This document shows, in pieces, positions 25,846 through 36,657 of a stretch of DNA of 64,000 nucleotides (positions are counted from its first letter, which is position 1; each line of letters starts with the position of its first letter). Origin of the DNA: Octopus sinensis (taxonomy: Eukaryota). The DNA lies in NCBI RefSeq assembly GCF_006345805.1, contig NC_043019.1, positions 15,995,360-16,059,359 of the forward strand, read 5' to 3'. Below the pieces are notes generated by a model. The model had not been told where the DNA came from. It made no database searches and worked only from the letters and a program-made list of their open reading frames with translations. Both the position numbers and the translations under genes were made by a program.

Positions 25846-26129
25846 TGTATGTATGTATGTATGTATATATATATAGAAACCGGTGATTTTAACTCACAGC
25901 ATTCAGTTATTAAACATTCATAATTGGAATGAATAAATAAAATTGAATATTAAGCATTTATATCGAGTGACTGTTTGGCTAACCCTGTATATATATAAAG
26001 GGTAAAGATCCTCCTCAGTCATCAATGACCATCAATGACCATGGGATTGTGGTTAGAAAGTTACACAAGTCCAAGCAAGGTTGTTTGGGGAAGACCAGCA
26101 GTCGCTCATGTATACCAACCCCTTCCTCT

Positions 26130-26260
26130 CCACGCTGCCGATAATATCTAAGGGAAAGGCAAAGGCCGATACAGCTTGGTATCTGACGTCGCAACTCATT
26201 TCTACAGCTGAGTGAACTGGAGCAACGTGAAATAGTGCCTTGCCCAAGAACACAACACAC
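26130..26260 (-). mobile_element. SINE remnant (CORE-like body)
   Basis: rc reads CTTGGGCAAGGCACTATTTCACGTTGCTCCAGTTCACTCAGCTGTAGAAATGAGTTGCGACG; related to the copies at 35.7 and 36.2 kb. Confidence 0.55.
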
Positions 26261-26564
26261 ACACACACATCTCCCCACTCTCTCTCTCTACACACACACA
26301 TATGATAGAATTTTTGTCAAGTTTCTAGGACCTGAGGTTTCATGCTGTGGAAAAGCAACATTTTTGAAATACGAAAATGTTCTTAATTGAAATTAGCTTC
26401 CTAGTCAGTGAAAAGGAGACAAACATCTAATGGTAGTTGTTAGCGGCGCTCAAAGAACGAGTTGGAAGAATCCATTTCAAGAAATAAAGAAAGATTTGCC
26501 CAAAGTTGGTTTATGTAATAAGAGGAAGGAATATCTGATTTTGGTTTGCAGGAAAGGGATGGCA

Positions 26565-26606
26565 ACTATGATCATGTTTCGGTATGTTAGACCTCATCAG
26601 CATAGT
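26565..26606 (-). ncRNA. Minimal type I hammerhead motif with one core substitution
   Basis: rc: ACTATG-CTGATGA-GGT-CTAACAT-ACC-GAAA-CAT-GAT-CATAGT: 6-bp helix I and 3-bp helix II with G10.1-C11.1, but U16.1 appears replaced by A. Confidence 0.62.
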
Positions 26607-26738
26607 ACTGATACACATAAAATGTAGGATTGTTGCTGTTCAAACGTCTTTGGTGATAAGTCTGTTCGACCAGGGCTGGTCTGGAGGTTAAACAACGGCA
26701 ATGATAACAACAACCACGGTAATAAAAGCAAAAAGTAA

Positions 26739-26793
<55 letters not shown>

Positions 26794-26882
26794 TAAATAT
26801 CATCGAAATCTTTTAGGAATCGTTTATGCGATATTTGATATATCGCATATATAATTCTTGATAGGTGAAATATCGGCCCAAC

Positions 26883-26924
<42 letters not shown>

Positions 26925-27243
26925 ACAGCTATGTACATGTACAAACCCACATACGGACATATATACAAATTTACAGAAACACACGAATGCAAACAGGCTC
27001 ATGTATGAGGATACACATCCATATATGTACAGACATACACCCTTACACGGAGACATGTGCAGTCATATGCATATGTATGCACACACGGCACACACATATT
27101 TAGACATGCAGATACCCACGAACACATATATGAGACAAGCACGCACCTTAAGTACAAGTACACACAGACACTGACTCAAAGCTACATTCACACATACACA
27201 CACATATACATACATACATACATGCATGCATGCATACCATACA

Positions 27244-27276
<33 letters not shown>

Positions 27277-27535
27277 GCTTACATACATATACCTACACAT
27301 GGACACACGGATACATGAACGGGGACACCCCCTTTGCATACACACAAACTAGTAGATCCATTAGGTATATACATGTGAACACATATACACGAAATATATA
27401 CAAGAAAAAAACACATACACAGTCACATATTACACATATATTACACATACAGCAGCGAATTCGTATACATACATATATACATATAGATACGCACACACAG
27501 ACACACTCACACACACGCAGATACACATGCACGCA

Positions 27536-27566
<31 letters not shown>

Positions 27567-28082
27567 GTACAAATACATAGACACGTACACACACACGTAC
27601 AAATACATAGAGACGTACACACACACACACAAGCGCATTAGAAAGTCACATGTGTGTAGTTTATAAGATATTAAATATGTCATATTATTACATGATATAG
27701 TTATATATGATATTAAACATATTCCCGTGTGGGTATATATCGTTCTGTGCTATATTAAACATATCAGTCTACTATACTTTAAAGTATATAGATAGAATTC
27801 GTTTGAAATTTAATTATGATATCGTTTCGCCCATCCCCCTTCTTCTCCCTTCTCCTCTTCCTCCTCCGTCTCCTCCTCCTTCTTCTTTTCTTGCTTCTCA
27901 TCCTCCCAATATGTTTTATTGATTTATAAGCACAAGCAAAACACTTAACTTTATCAGATAGTAAACCTTCCCATCCCGACCACGTTATATATTTTAATAT
28001 GGATTTGTGTGGAGTTGAACAGTTGGTGATTTTCTTTATCTTTTTTTTTTTTCATTTGTCCTTTATCTCTTATCTCTTATCT

Positions 28083-28490
28083 TTTTCTTGTTTCATTCAT
28101 TGGACTGTGGCCATGCTGGGGCATCACCTTAAAGGCTTAGACGAACAAATCAACATCGGCACTATTTTGTTTTTTTGTTTTTTCTACGTAGCCTTGCACT
28201 TATTCTATCGGTCTCTTTTTCCGCAACCATTAAGTTACGGGAACGTAAAGAAACCAACACGCGGAGGGTGGACGTGGTGGTGGTGGACAAACAAAAATAT
28301 GAACGCGCGCGCGAGTACAGAAACAAACACACATACATGTACGACAGGCTTCTACACAGCTTCCGTCTACCAAATTCACTCGCAAGGCATCGATCGACTC
28401 GGGGCTATAATAGAATGTACCTGGCCGAGGTGTCACACAACTGGACTGATTCTAAAACCATGCGATCGCTGAACCAGCTTCTGAAACACG
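28083..28490 (-). mobile_element. Full-length diverged SINE family B
   Basis: rc tail (GGACTGTGGCCATGCTGGGGCA), CTTATTCTATCGGTCTC, AAGTTACGGGAACGTAAA and head (CTTCCGTCTACCAAATTCACTCGCAAGG...). Confidence 0.8.
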
Positions 28491-28559
28491 CGTCAAGTCT
28501 GCAGACGTTTCCCCTAATTGTGTTGAACTATTTTATACCTGACAACTTTTGCGAGATTT

Positions 28560-28709
28560 TTTTTAGGTGCATGCAGGGCTGAATCGTTACGAAGTCCACT
28601 CCCAGCTGTTGGGTGGACGATGACTCTACTAAGTTCATTCCCCTTTGACAGGTTTTGTTTTTCGCCCTGCTGTGAGTTATATATTGCCAATAGCACTAAG
28701 AGTTACCTG
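28560..28709 (-). mobile_element. RTE-like LINE 5' end fragment
   Basis: Shares CCCTTTGAC.GGTTTTGTTTTTC and TAGCACT...GT.ACCTGAC|(ATAC)n with the element end at 29180-29350. Confidence 0.45.
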
Positions 28710-28831
28710 ACATACATACATACATACATACATACATACATACATACATACATACATACATACATGCATACATACATACATACATACATACATACATACA
28801 TACATACATACATACATACATACATACATAC

Positions 28832-29350
28832 ATGGTGGCTGCCCCCTCGTTATCGAGTATGGCCATTGCACGAAGCTTAATCAGTGTTGTTATCGTGCAA
28901 TGCCTGTGCAAAAAGACTTTTTTTAAGTGAAGAAAGGCTGTGCACTGAGTCAATCCCACTCACTAAGCAACAGCAGCCATAATCCGAAAAGAAGAACAAG
29001 TCAACATCATCGGTAACCACTGAGCCGCAGGTTTTATGTCGGAGTTATCCCAGTTACCTGAGTTACCTTCTCCTAGAAGGATGCCCTAACAAAGGCTAGG
29101 AGTCCTTCACTCCCAATGGTTTAACCGCGCGATCAGGTATTCAGTCCGATTATTTCTATGTCCCCGCGCATGATACAGCCCTAAGTTCCTCCGCCCTTTG
29201 ACGGGTTTTGTTTTTCATCCCGCAGGGTGTCCAATAAACACCCTCCTCACCAAGCAAGCTTGGTGGGGTTGCCGGTTTAGTCGCCGACGACCCGATCATA
29301 CAACAGGTTGTACTGGGTTACATGTTACCAGTAGCACTCGAAAGTGACCT
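28832..29350 (-). mobile_element. Internally deleted RTE-like element (~520 bp), both ends retained
   Basis: rc has the RTE 5'-UTR hallmark ...CTAGGAGAAGGTAACTC... and ends GGGGGCAGCCACC followed by an (ATGT)n tail at 28711-28831. No ORF. Clade assignment is by recalled motif only. Confidence 0.45.
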
Positions 29351-29414
29351 GACATATATACATACATACATGTACATACATACGTACTTACCTACATACA
29401 TATGTAGATACATA

Positions 29415-29709
29415 GATACATTGCAGGCCATTAATAAGGAGTTTGTAAATCCATTACCCAAGATACAGTATAAGCTTCATACCTATTATCGGAGCAACAG
29501 GAAACATACTAACCCGTATGGCTGAACTGGGGATCTTGGGGAGGAAACGCAAATCCTTAATTCATATGCTACAAATGATCATGATATCTGGGACTATAAA
29601 AATCTGCAAGACCTTAGGATTTAAAGATGATTTCCTTCACCACCTTGCTACTAAGTAGGTGGCCGGTCAAAATTTACTCTAAATTAAAAAGAGAAAGAGA
29701 ATAACTTCC
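29415..29709 (+). mobile_element. R4/Dong-clade LINE 3' fragment (restriction-like endonuclease C-terminus), copy 1
   Basis: Manual translation PLIRSL*IHYPRYSISFIPIIGATGNIL...LGILG..RKSLIHMLQMIMISGTIKICKTL; flanked by ATAC repeats. Confidence 0.65.
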
Positions 29710-29714
29710 ATACA

Positions 29715-29746
<32 letters not shown>

Positions 29747-29748
29747 CA

Positions 29749-30245
29749 TACAAGTGGAATATTCCCATCAAAACTTCTATCAAATGCAAACATAACAAGC
29801 CGGATATTGTTGTTTGGGACAGAGGGGCGAAGGTATATACCGTCATAGAAGTCAGCTGCCCTGCAAATATAAATATCACTTTGAAAATCAAAGAAAAAGA
29901 GGATAGATATCCATAGATATGGACAACTGCTTCGAAACCTCCAGCTTCTATATCCAGACTATGAATTCATATTCATACCAATAACAATTGGAGCTGTAGG
30001 TTTTGTTAGTAAATGCTTAAAGGAAAAGCAGGATAAACTGAGATTTTTCAGAAAGAGAAACTGACCGGCTCATTCGTACAAGTGCAATCTGTAAGTGCAA
30101 CAGCAAAAATATGCAAAACTTTTCTCAAGTTCCAAATGTGAATTTGTCTGTGTTAACTACATCCCAAAGATGGAGCCTCGTATCTTTGTTGGAAACTGAC
30201 TCCCTCCTCAATGGATGATTTATAATAATTAAAAAATAGAAGAGA
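29749..30245 (+). mobile_element. R4/Dong-clade LINE 3' fragment with PD-(D/E)xK endonuclease, copy 2
   Basis: Manual translation KWNIPIKTSIKCKHNKPDIVVWDRGAKVYTVIEVSCPANINITLKIKEKE, then after a frameshift YGQLLRNLQLLYPDYEFIFIPITIGAVGFV...QVQSVSATAKICKTFLKFQM* (stop 30139-30141). Starts in (ATAC)n and ends before CATACATAC. Confidence 0.8.
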
Positions 30246-32188
30246 CATGCATACATACACACATACGAAATGTGATGTGTGCCATACAAGTATCTCTCAT
30301 ACTATCAGCAGCTAAGAAAAACGTCCGCTAAATATTATCCTTCCCTGAGGTATGACATTATCTTTAAAATTGTCTGCACTATTTAAAATTGTCTGAACTA
30401 TCGTTCTGACAGTCATACCAGAACCAGAATATCTCTATGCATTTAAAAATGGAATATACTGGTAGGATATTCCAATAAAAAACAGCAAACGGTGTGAGCA
30501 CAACAGGTGAGACATGGTTGCATGGCACTGGAAGCAAAAGTGGTGTACCATTGTGGAGATTAGCAGCTCGGCAGATGTAATAGTCTCGCCAGGAATAACG
30601 GAAGATATTTTTCATTTGTTTCTATTATAGATGCACTGGGATACGTAACAAGAAACTCGTCTTTAATAACACATAAAAATACTAGGGGAGTCTAAAAAAG
30701 CCAAAAATAATAAAGAAGAAACAAAGCAAAAACAGCAAAGCAAACTGATTTGCCTTCTTCGATTACAATCAATTGAAGATATATAGAAAATTTGAAAAAT
30801 ATTTCAGTTATTCTCCATTTGATGTCGTGGATTGAAGATATGCACACGATAACAAATGCATACGGAACACACACACATACACATTCGCTCACACATGCAC
30901 TTCGCATACATACATACATACATAATGCATTCATGCATGCACTACACACATTTTCACACATGTATACTATATATTTATGCATATATGTATGCATGTACGC
31001 ATGTAGATATGCATATATTTTAATCTCTGTATCTCCATATACATATATATGTATATATACACACATATATTCGTGTGTAAGTAAATGCAAACGCCCACGC
31101 ACACATACACATTCACTCACACATGCACTTGGTATACATACTTACATACATACATTAAACATATTTATACATACACATACATACATTAAACATATTTATA
31201 CATACGCATACATACATACATACATACATACATACATACATACATACATACATACACATACATACATATACATACATACATACATACATACATACACACA
31301 TACATACATATATTCACATACATACTTACCATTGGTCATTAGCAATTTTTTTTTTGCGAGCTTTCATACTTGCAATTTGTCATAAAAAAAGCAAACGTTT
31401 TTAATTTCAAAGTTTTTGAAGTATATATTAACAAGTAGCAATGCATTTTGTGTTGTGTTTTATGAGGTTTTTTTAATAATGCGTCCATCTATTCTATAGT
31501 TAGTATATATTTGATGTTACTAAATTGCTTGAGCGATGTATTCAAATTTACCGCGCTGTGAAAGAATCTTTTCAAAGAAATATCTTCGTTAAGTATTTCT
31601 ACGAACAAAGAATATATTGCTGCAAGTGATGACGTGTATGCATAATTGCTTCTAGGCTGAGGAGTGGGGGGAAAGTTATTGATGAATACATATGGGCTGT
31701 ACGAATCATTAACGGCCTTTAAAGGTATGAGGCAAATAAATAAGTAACTGTATTAATATATTCCAGTATATTTTTGTATGAATACAGATAGAAAGCCATA
31801 CACATACAAACGCAGACATGCACATACATGTATAAATATATAAATATTATAATATATAAATGTTTGTATATGAATATTTATATATTTATTAGCTGTGACT
31901 CAAGGACCTTGAGTTTCTTTGCGACGATTCTTATGAAACACTCAAACACACCTATGTATATATTCCCGTTTAATGACTGTATGTGTGTGTGTGTCTGTGT
32001 GTGTATGCACGCACACATGTATACATGTATACACATGTATACACACACACACGCATACATGTGTATGTATGCACAAGCGCTTGTACGTATGATGCTATAA
32101 ACATGTATTTGCACACATATGCATAAATATACACTCATATGTGTGTGTTGGTGAGAAAGAGAGAGTATGTGTGTGTGCGAATGAATGC

Positions 32189-32228
<40 letters not shown>

Positions 32229-32233
32229 TGTGT

Positions 32234-32774
32234 GTTAAATAAGACAACAAAGCCAAGGCTGTGTGAAATTTTCAGGACATTTATAAAGAGAAAGTTAGTC
32301 GTACAGCTGTTCCTGGGATATTAGGGATATCCTTCCATCAAAGACGTTGTGAGAGAGTTAGATAGGAGATAGAAGAGTTCAGTATAAGGTGTTATTTTGG
32401 AAAAGGATGGAAATAAGAAGTATAAAGGGAAATAAGAGAATAAAACTAAAAATAAAAATATATGTACAGTGTTATAGTCGCAATTCCATTATCCGAGGAA
32501 AGTGGTGTGTAGAAGTGGTAGAAATGCAGCTATAACATCCTACATGCCTTTTTATTTTTATTGTATTATTTCCCTTTATAATTCTTATTCCCATCTTTTC
32601 CAAAATAACACCTTATACTGAACTCTACTATTTCCTTGTATTTAACTCTCTCACATCGTCTCTGATGAAGGGATATCCCTAATATCCATGAAACAGCTGT
32701 AAGATTAACTTTCTCTTTATAAATATCCTAAAAATTCCATACAGCCTTGGATTTGTTGTCTCATTTTATTTAAC
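32234..32774. mobile_element. ~540-bp fold-back of two inverted Penelope-like pLTR copies
   Basis: 32234-~32487 is the reverse complement of ~32515-32774 at roughly 80% identity by eye. Both arms carry the same hammerhead (near-intact right, decayed left). Confidence 0.75.
32659..32704 (+). ncRNA. Minimal type I hammerhead ribozyme motif
   Basis: TCT-CTGATGA-AGGGATAT-CCCTA-ATATCCAT-GAAA-C-AGCT-GTA-AGA: helix II 8 bp with 1 mismatch, palindromic ACAGCUGU helix III, GUA cleavage at 32699-32701. Confidence 0.72.
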
Positions 32775-32927
32775 GTACACATGCTCATATAAGACCCGCA
32801 TTAGACTCCTCAATCGTATTATTACCGAACCGAAAGTTTAACTACGGTCTTTCCATAGCACTTAAATAGCCTTACCGGCCACCTTGGGTCTTCTGAATAC
32901 CAATAACTCTCATACACACACACACAC

Positions 32928-32964
<37 letters not shown>

Positions 32965-32969
<5 letters not shown>

Positions 32970-33170
32970 TAAATGAAAGAATGGAGTCGAACGAAGATTT
33001 TAACAAAATTCCTTTACTCTCGACACATGTTTCGAAGACGGCATACTTTTAATTCCGAAGGAATAAAGAGTGCATTATGCCATCTTCTCATCAGGAAAGA
33101 TAAGGAGCCTCTCTCAGCCACAAGACGAACAAAAAATTTTGATGCTAGGATAATTCATTCACCTACTTAA
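32965..33170 (-). mobile_element. Solo Penelope-like pLTR (~205 bp) between two (TA)n tracts
   Basis: Unique segment bounded by (TA)n at ~32932-32965 and ~33175-33243; contains an intact hammerhead. Confidence 0.6.
33017..33099 (-). ncRNA. Type I hammerhead ribozyme, all core nucleotides intact
   Basis: rc: CTTTC-CTGATGA-GAAGATGGCATA-(30 nt)-TATGCCGTCTTC-GAAA-C-ATGT-GTC-GAGAG: 5-bp helix I, 12-bp helix II, short helix III, GUC cleavage site (33024-33022). Confidence 0.82.
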
Positions 33171-33256
<86 letters not shown>

Positions 33257-33277
33257 ATATACATACACGCACACACA

Positions 33278-33335
<58 letters not shown>

Positions 33336-33819
33336 TGTGTGGTGTATGAGAGTTATTGGTATTCAGAAGACACATACACGCACATATACATACATACATA
33401 CATACATACATACATACATACAGAGTTTCATATTCTTAGGTTATTGATAGAATAATTATTAAATGAGAATGTATAATCAGGAACAGCCCTGATTCCGATA
33501 TTGCATCCTCATACGTGATAACCCCAAGAATACTGCTCTAAGCTTAGAGTACGGTCTATTTCGTACTCTATCTGATCAGTGAGATCTGTTTTCCCTCGTT
33601 CCTATTTTCTAATTTGGGTTATGAACTAATCACTCTGTGTGTGCGTGTGTATGAGTATATAAAAACATATTTGTATATTTATACATATAAGTGTGCATTG
33701 ACACATATGCATATAAACATATATATATAATTATATATATATATATATATATACATACACACACGCCCACACACATTTTCTTTCTCTCCCTCTCTCTCTC
33801 TGTATCTGTCTCTATCTCA

Positions 33820-33916
<97 letters not shown>

Positions 33917-34259
33917 CTCTCACACACACTCGCCCACACACACTTCTTCGAAGCTAATGATTATTCAGTCCGTCGTTGCTCAAAATTTCTCTTTCGAACA
34001 CACATGCACACATTTTGGGTGCGTGCGCTTATGCATGCGTGTGTGAGTGTGTGTGTGTGTGTGTGTTGTGTGTGTGTGTGTGTGTGTACTTACACTTACA
34101 CATTCACTCAGACATACATATATAATATCTCTTTACCACAAACATATTGCATATATTTAACACACACATACGGAGTCCGATCTATTACATTTAATACTAA
34201 TTAATCCCATAACGCGCATTCTTTATCCAATATTCAATACCTGTATTGAATGCACTTGA

Positions 34260-34306
<47 letters not shown>

Positions 34307-34720
34307 TATTATTATTATTTTAATACTATATCTATCGCAATACACTTCATGGATTTCCTATGAAATTTTTATTTTAGCCGATCTTTTATTTTCTTTTTTT
34401 TTTTTTCCAGTAATTTTAAAGTATAAAATATATTTTTTAAAAAGTGTTAAACAACAAAGAAATAAGAGAAAATACGAGAAAAAAACGTAGCAAAATATGA
34501 AAATACATGTTTTATGAGAGGAAAAAAATATTTAATCCTTCATTTGTATTGGAAATATTCTTTTGCTTGTATGTGTGTGCAAAAAAAGAAGAGATTTATT
34601 ATTAATAATTTATAGTTATAAAATAAAATAAAAAGAAAAATCAATTCGAATTTGTCGTGATATTTTCTCTGGAATATTTCTTGGAGTCATGTATAATCTT
34701 CTTGATTATCTTCTTATGTA

Positions 34721-34908
34721 TCTTTCACTTGTTTTAGTCACTGGACTACGGCCATGCTGGATCACCGCTTTGAAGAAATTTTATTTAGTCGAACGAATCG
34801 AAACCGGGGTTTATTAAAAGAAGTTTTGTACTAATTTTGTCAGTCTGTTTTGCCGAAAATCAAGTTTACAGGTACGTAAACAAACACCTGTTGTCAAACA
34901 GTGGAGGG
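34721..34908 (-). mobile_element. SINE family B, 3' half
   Basis: CACTTGTTTTAGTCACTGGACTACGGCCATGCTGG...TTTTGCCGAA...CGTAAACAAACACC...TTGTCAA. Confidence 0.7.
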
Positions 34909-35031
34909 TTCATCCTCAAAATTTATTTTTCCCTTATTTTATAATTTTATGCAGCATATTAAGGTCTTTATGATCGCAATAATATGCTGTACCCAATTGT
35001 AAAATAAGAGAAAATAAATTTTGAGGATAAA
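34908..35031. repeat. ~120-bp imperfect AT-rich palindrome
   Basis: ATCCTCAAAATTTATTTT...GCAGCATATTA pairs with TAATATGCTGT...AAAATAAATTTTGAGGAT around an ~18-nt loop. Confidence 0.8.
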
Positions 35032-35258
35032 CAAGTCTCCATGTTCTATATTGTTATAATTATTGCTAATATATGCCCAAGACAGTATTACCATCCAGTG
35101 AAGCGAATACGGAATTACCCATCGGAGGAATGTACAGAGCGACTGACAACTAATAGTTAAATAGTCGTTAAATACTAATCGATGCGTCTAGTCGTAACCT
35201 GGAACATAACTGAGAGCCGCTCAGATGATATATCCGTCCCAACACACACACACACACA

Positions 35259-35293
<35 letters not shown>

Positions 35294-35589
35294 ACATAGT
35301 ATGTAGATTGGACTATTCTCTTCTCTAACTATTTATAGGACTTCTGATTACTACTGATTAAAAGTTGAAGTTTCATCCAAATATAAATTTTGTAGTATTT
35401 TGATTCTCTGTCTGAAGAATTTCTAATAGGAGGTATCTTATATGTTTTTTCCCATTTGTACACTTTTGCAACTCTTAGCAGCCAATGAAACACATGTAAT
35501 GGTGAATAGATAATGCCAAAATGATTTTCAGTCTCCTGTTTTGTTATATCACAGTATCGATCACACTATCGAGTGTCGTTATACATCGC

Positions 35590-35800
35590 TGGTCATAGTG
35601 CGCTCCGTACGGTTTTACCTTTCGAATGAGGGCACCCCGCTGGCTAGGCGAGCAGACCAACATTGCTTTTGATCGGAAGGCTATTCCATCACAGAGTTAC
35701 CCAGCTTAGCGGACTGGAGCAACACAATGCGTCGCCCGGTTCGAGAATCGAACCTTCAATCTAGCGATCATGAGTGTAACATCCTAACCACTAGGCAAGC
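35590..35800 (-). mobile_element. tRNA-derived SINE remnant
   Basis: rc head ...CCTAGTGGTTAG...GGTTCGATTCTCGAACCGGGCGACGC (A and B boxes). Confidence 0.6.
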
Positions 35801-35837
35801 GTCTTCGTTTTGATATACACATATGTGAATATATATG

Positions 35838-35935
35838 ACGGGGTTCCACACAGCTTCCGTCCGCCAAATTCACTCACAAGACATTGCCGTGCAGTAGGAC
35901 TGAACCTGAAGCCACATGATTGCAAAGCGATCTCC
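35838..35935 (-). mobile_element. Internally deleted SINE family B head
   Basis: CACAGCTTCCGTCCGCCAAATTCACTCACAAG joined to GCAGTAGGACTGAACC...CCACATG. Confidence 0.55.
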
Positions 35936-36120
35936 TTTGCGTCACAGCCGTAAAAATGCTTATTTATTTAATTATTTCTTATGTCTTCATTAAAGAATGA
36001 AATGCAGTCCGTGTTATCAACAAGCTTTCCAGATCGGTAAGGTGTCCCATTGATCAGCTATAGTCTAACCGACAGGCTTTATGCACTGATTCTCGTCTAT
36101 GCGATTTGTAATATTACTTT

Positions 36121-36300
36121 CAAGGCTTGTGGCCTAGTGGTTAAGACGCGTGGCCTGGTGGTTAAGACGTTACAACTACCATTCTAAGATCGGGGTTTTG
36201 ATTCTCAGAATGGGCGGTGCATTGTATTCTCGAGCAAAACACTTCATTTCATGTTGCTGCGGTCCACTCTGCTGAAAATGAATTCCAGCAGCAGATGAGA
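36121..36300 (+). mobile_element. tRNA-derived SINE head with duplicated A-box
   Basis: GTGGCCTAGTGGTTAAGACGC-GTGGCCTGGTGGTTAAGACGT tandem, then a degenerate B-box and CGAGCAAAACACTTCATTTCATGTTGCT. Confidence 0.6.
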
Positions 36301-36488
36301 AGTTCGGTTGGAGTGTAGTGTTTTAATCTGTCACTCATTCACCATGTAAACTGGGTTACGCTGCCGCCTCATGGCTCTTAAAGATCATGACAAATCTAAC
36401 TCAAGGCTTGTAACGACTCAAGCTAGAAGACATTTGTGGAATGGGCAGAGCAACAAGATCGAACACAGAAGTATATGATAGCGAATGA

Positions 36489-36657
36489 GAGGCTGTGTAG
36501 TAAGTAGCTTGCTTACTAACCACATGGTTCCGGGTTCAGTCCCACTGCGTGGCACTATGGGCAAGTGTCTTCTACTATAGCCTCGGGAACACCAAAGTCT
36601 TGTGAGTGGATTTGGAAGACAGAAACTGAAAGAAACCTGTCGTATATATGTATATAT
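36489..36657 (+). mobile_element. Well-preserved SINE family B head directly abutting the satellite
   Basis: GGCTGTGTAGTAAGTAGCTTGCTT...GGTTCCGGGTTCAGTCCCACTGCGTGGCAC...GGGCAAGTGTCTTCTACTATAGCCTCGGG...GAAACTGAAAGAAACCTGTCGTATATATGTATATAT, then GTGAGTGCAGTG. The 3' half is absent. Confidence 0.85.

Noticed and set aside
26552-26581. 30-nt plus-strand micro-exon with TTTGCAG| and |GTATGT (ERDGNYDHVS)
   Set aside because: The bases are better explained as the antisense of the hammerhead at 26565-26606; GTTTCGGTATG is the reverse complement of its GAAAC and helix II. Not excluded without RNA-seq.
33460-33610. Hairpins TAGAGTACG/CGTACTCTA and CTCTAAGCTTAGAG with hammerhead-like fragments
   Set aside because: Two alternative hammerhead parses each need several core changes and lack helix I; only short hairpins are supported.
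36121-36200. tRNA gene
   Set aside because: A/B-box-like sequence continues into a SINE body and no cloverleaf can be folded; the same applies to the other SINE heads.
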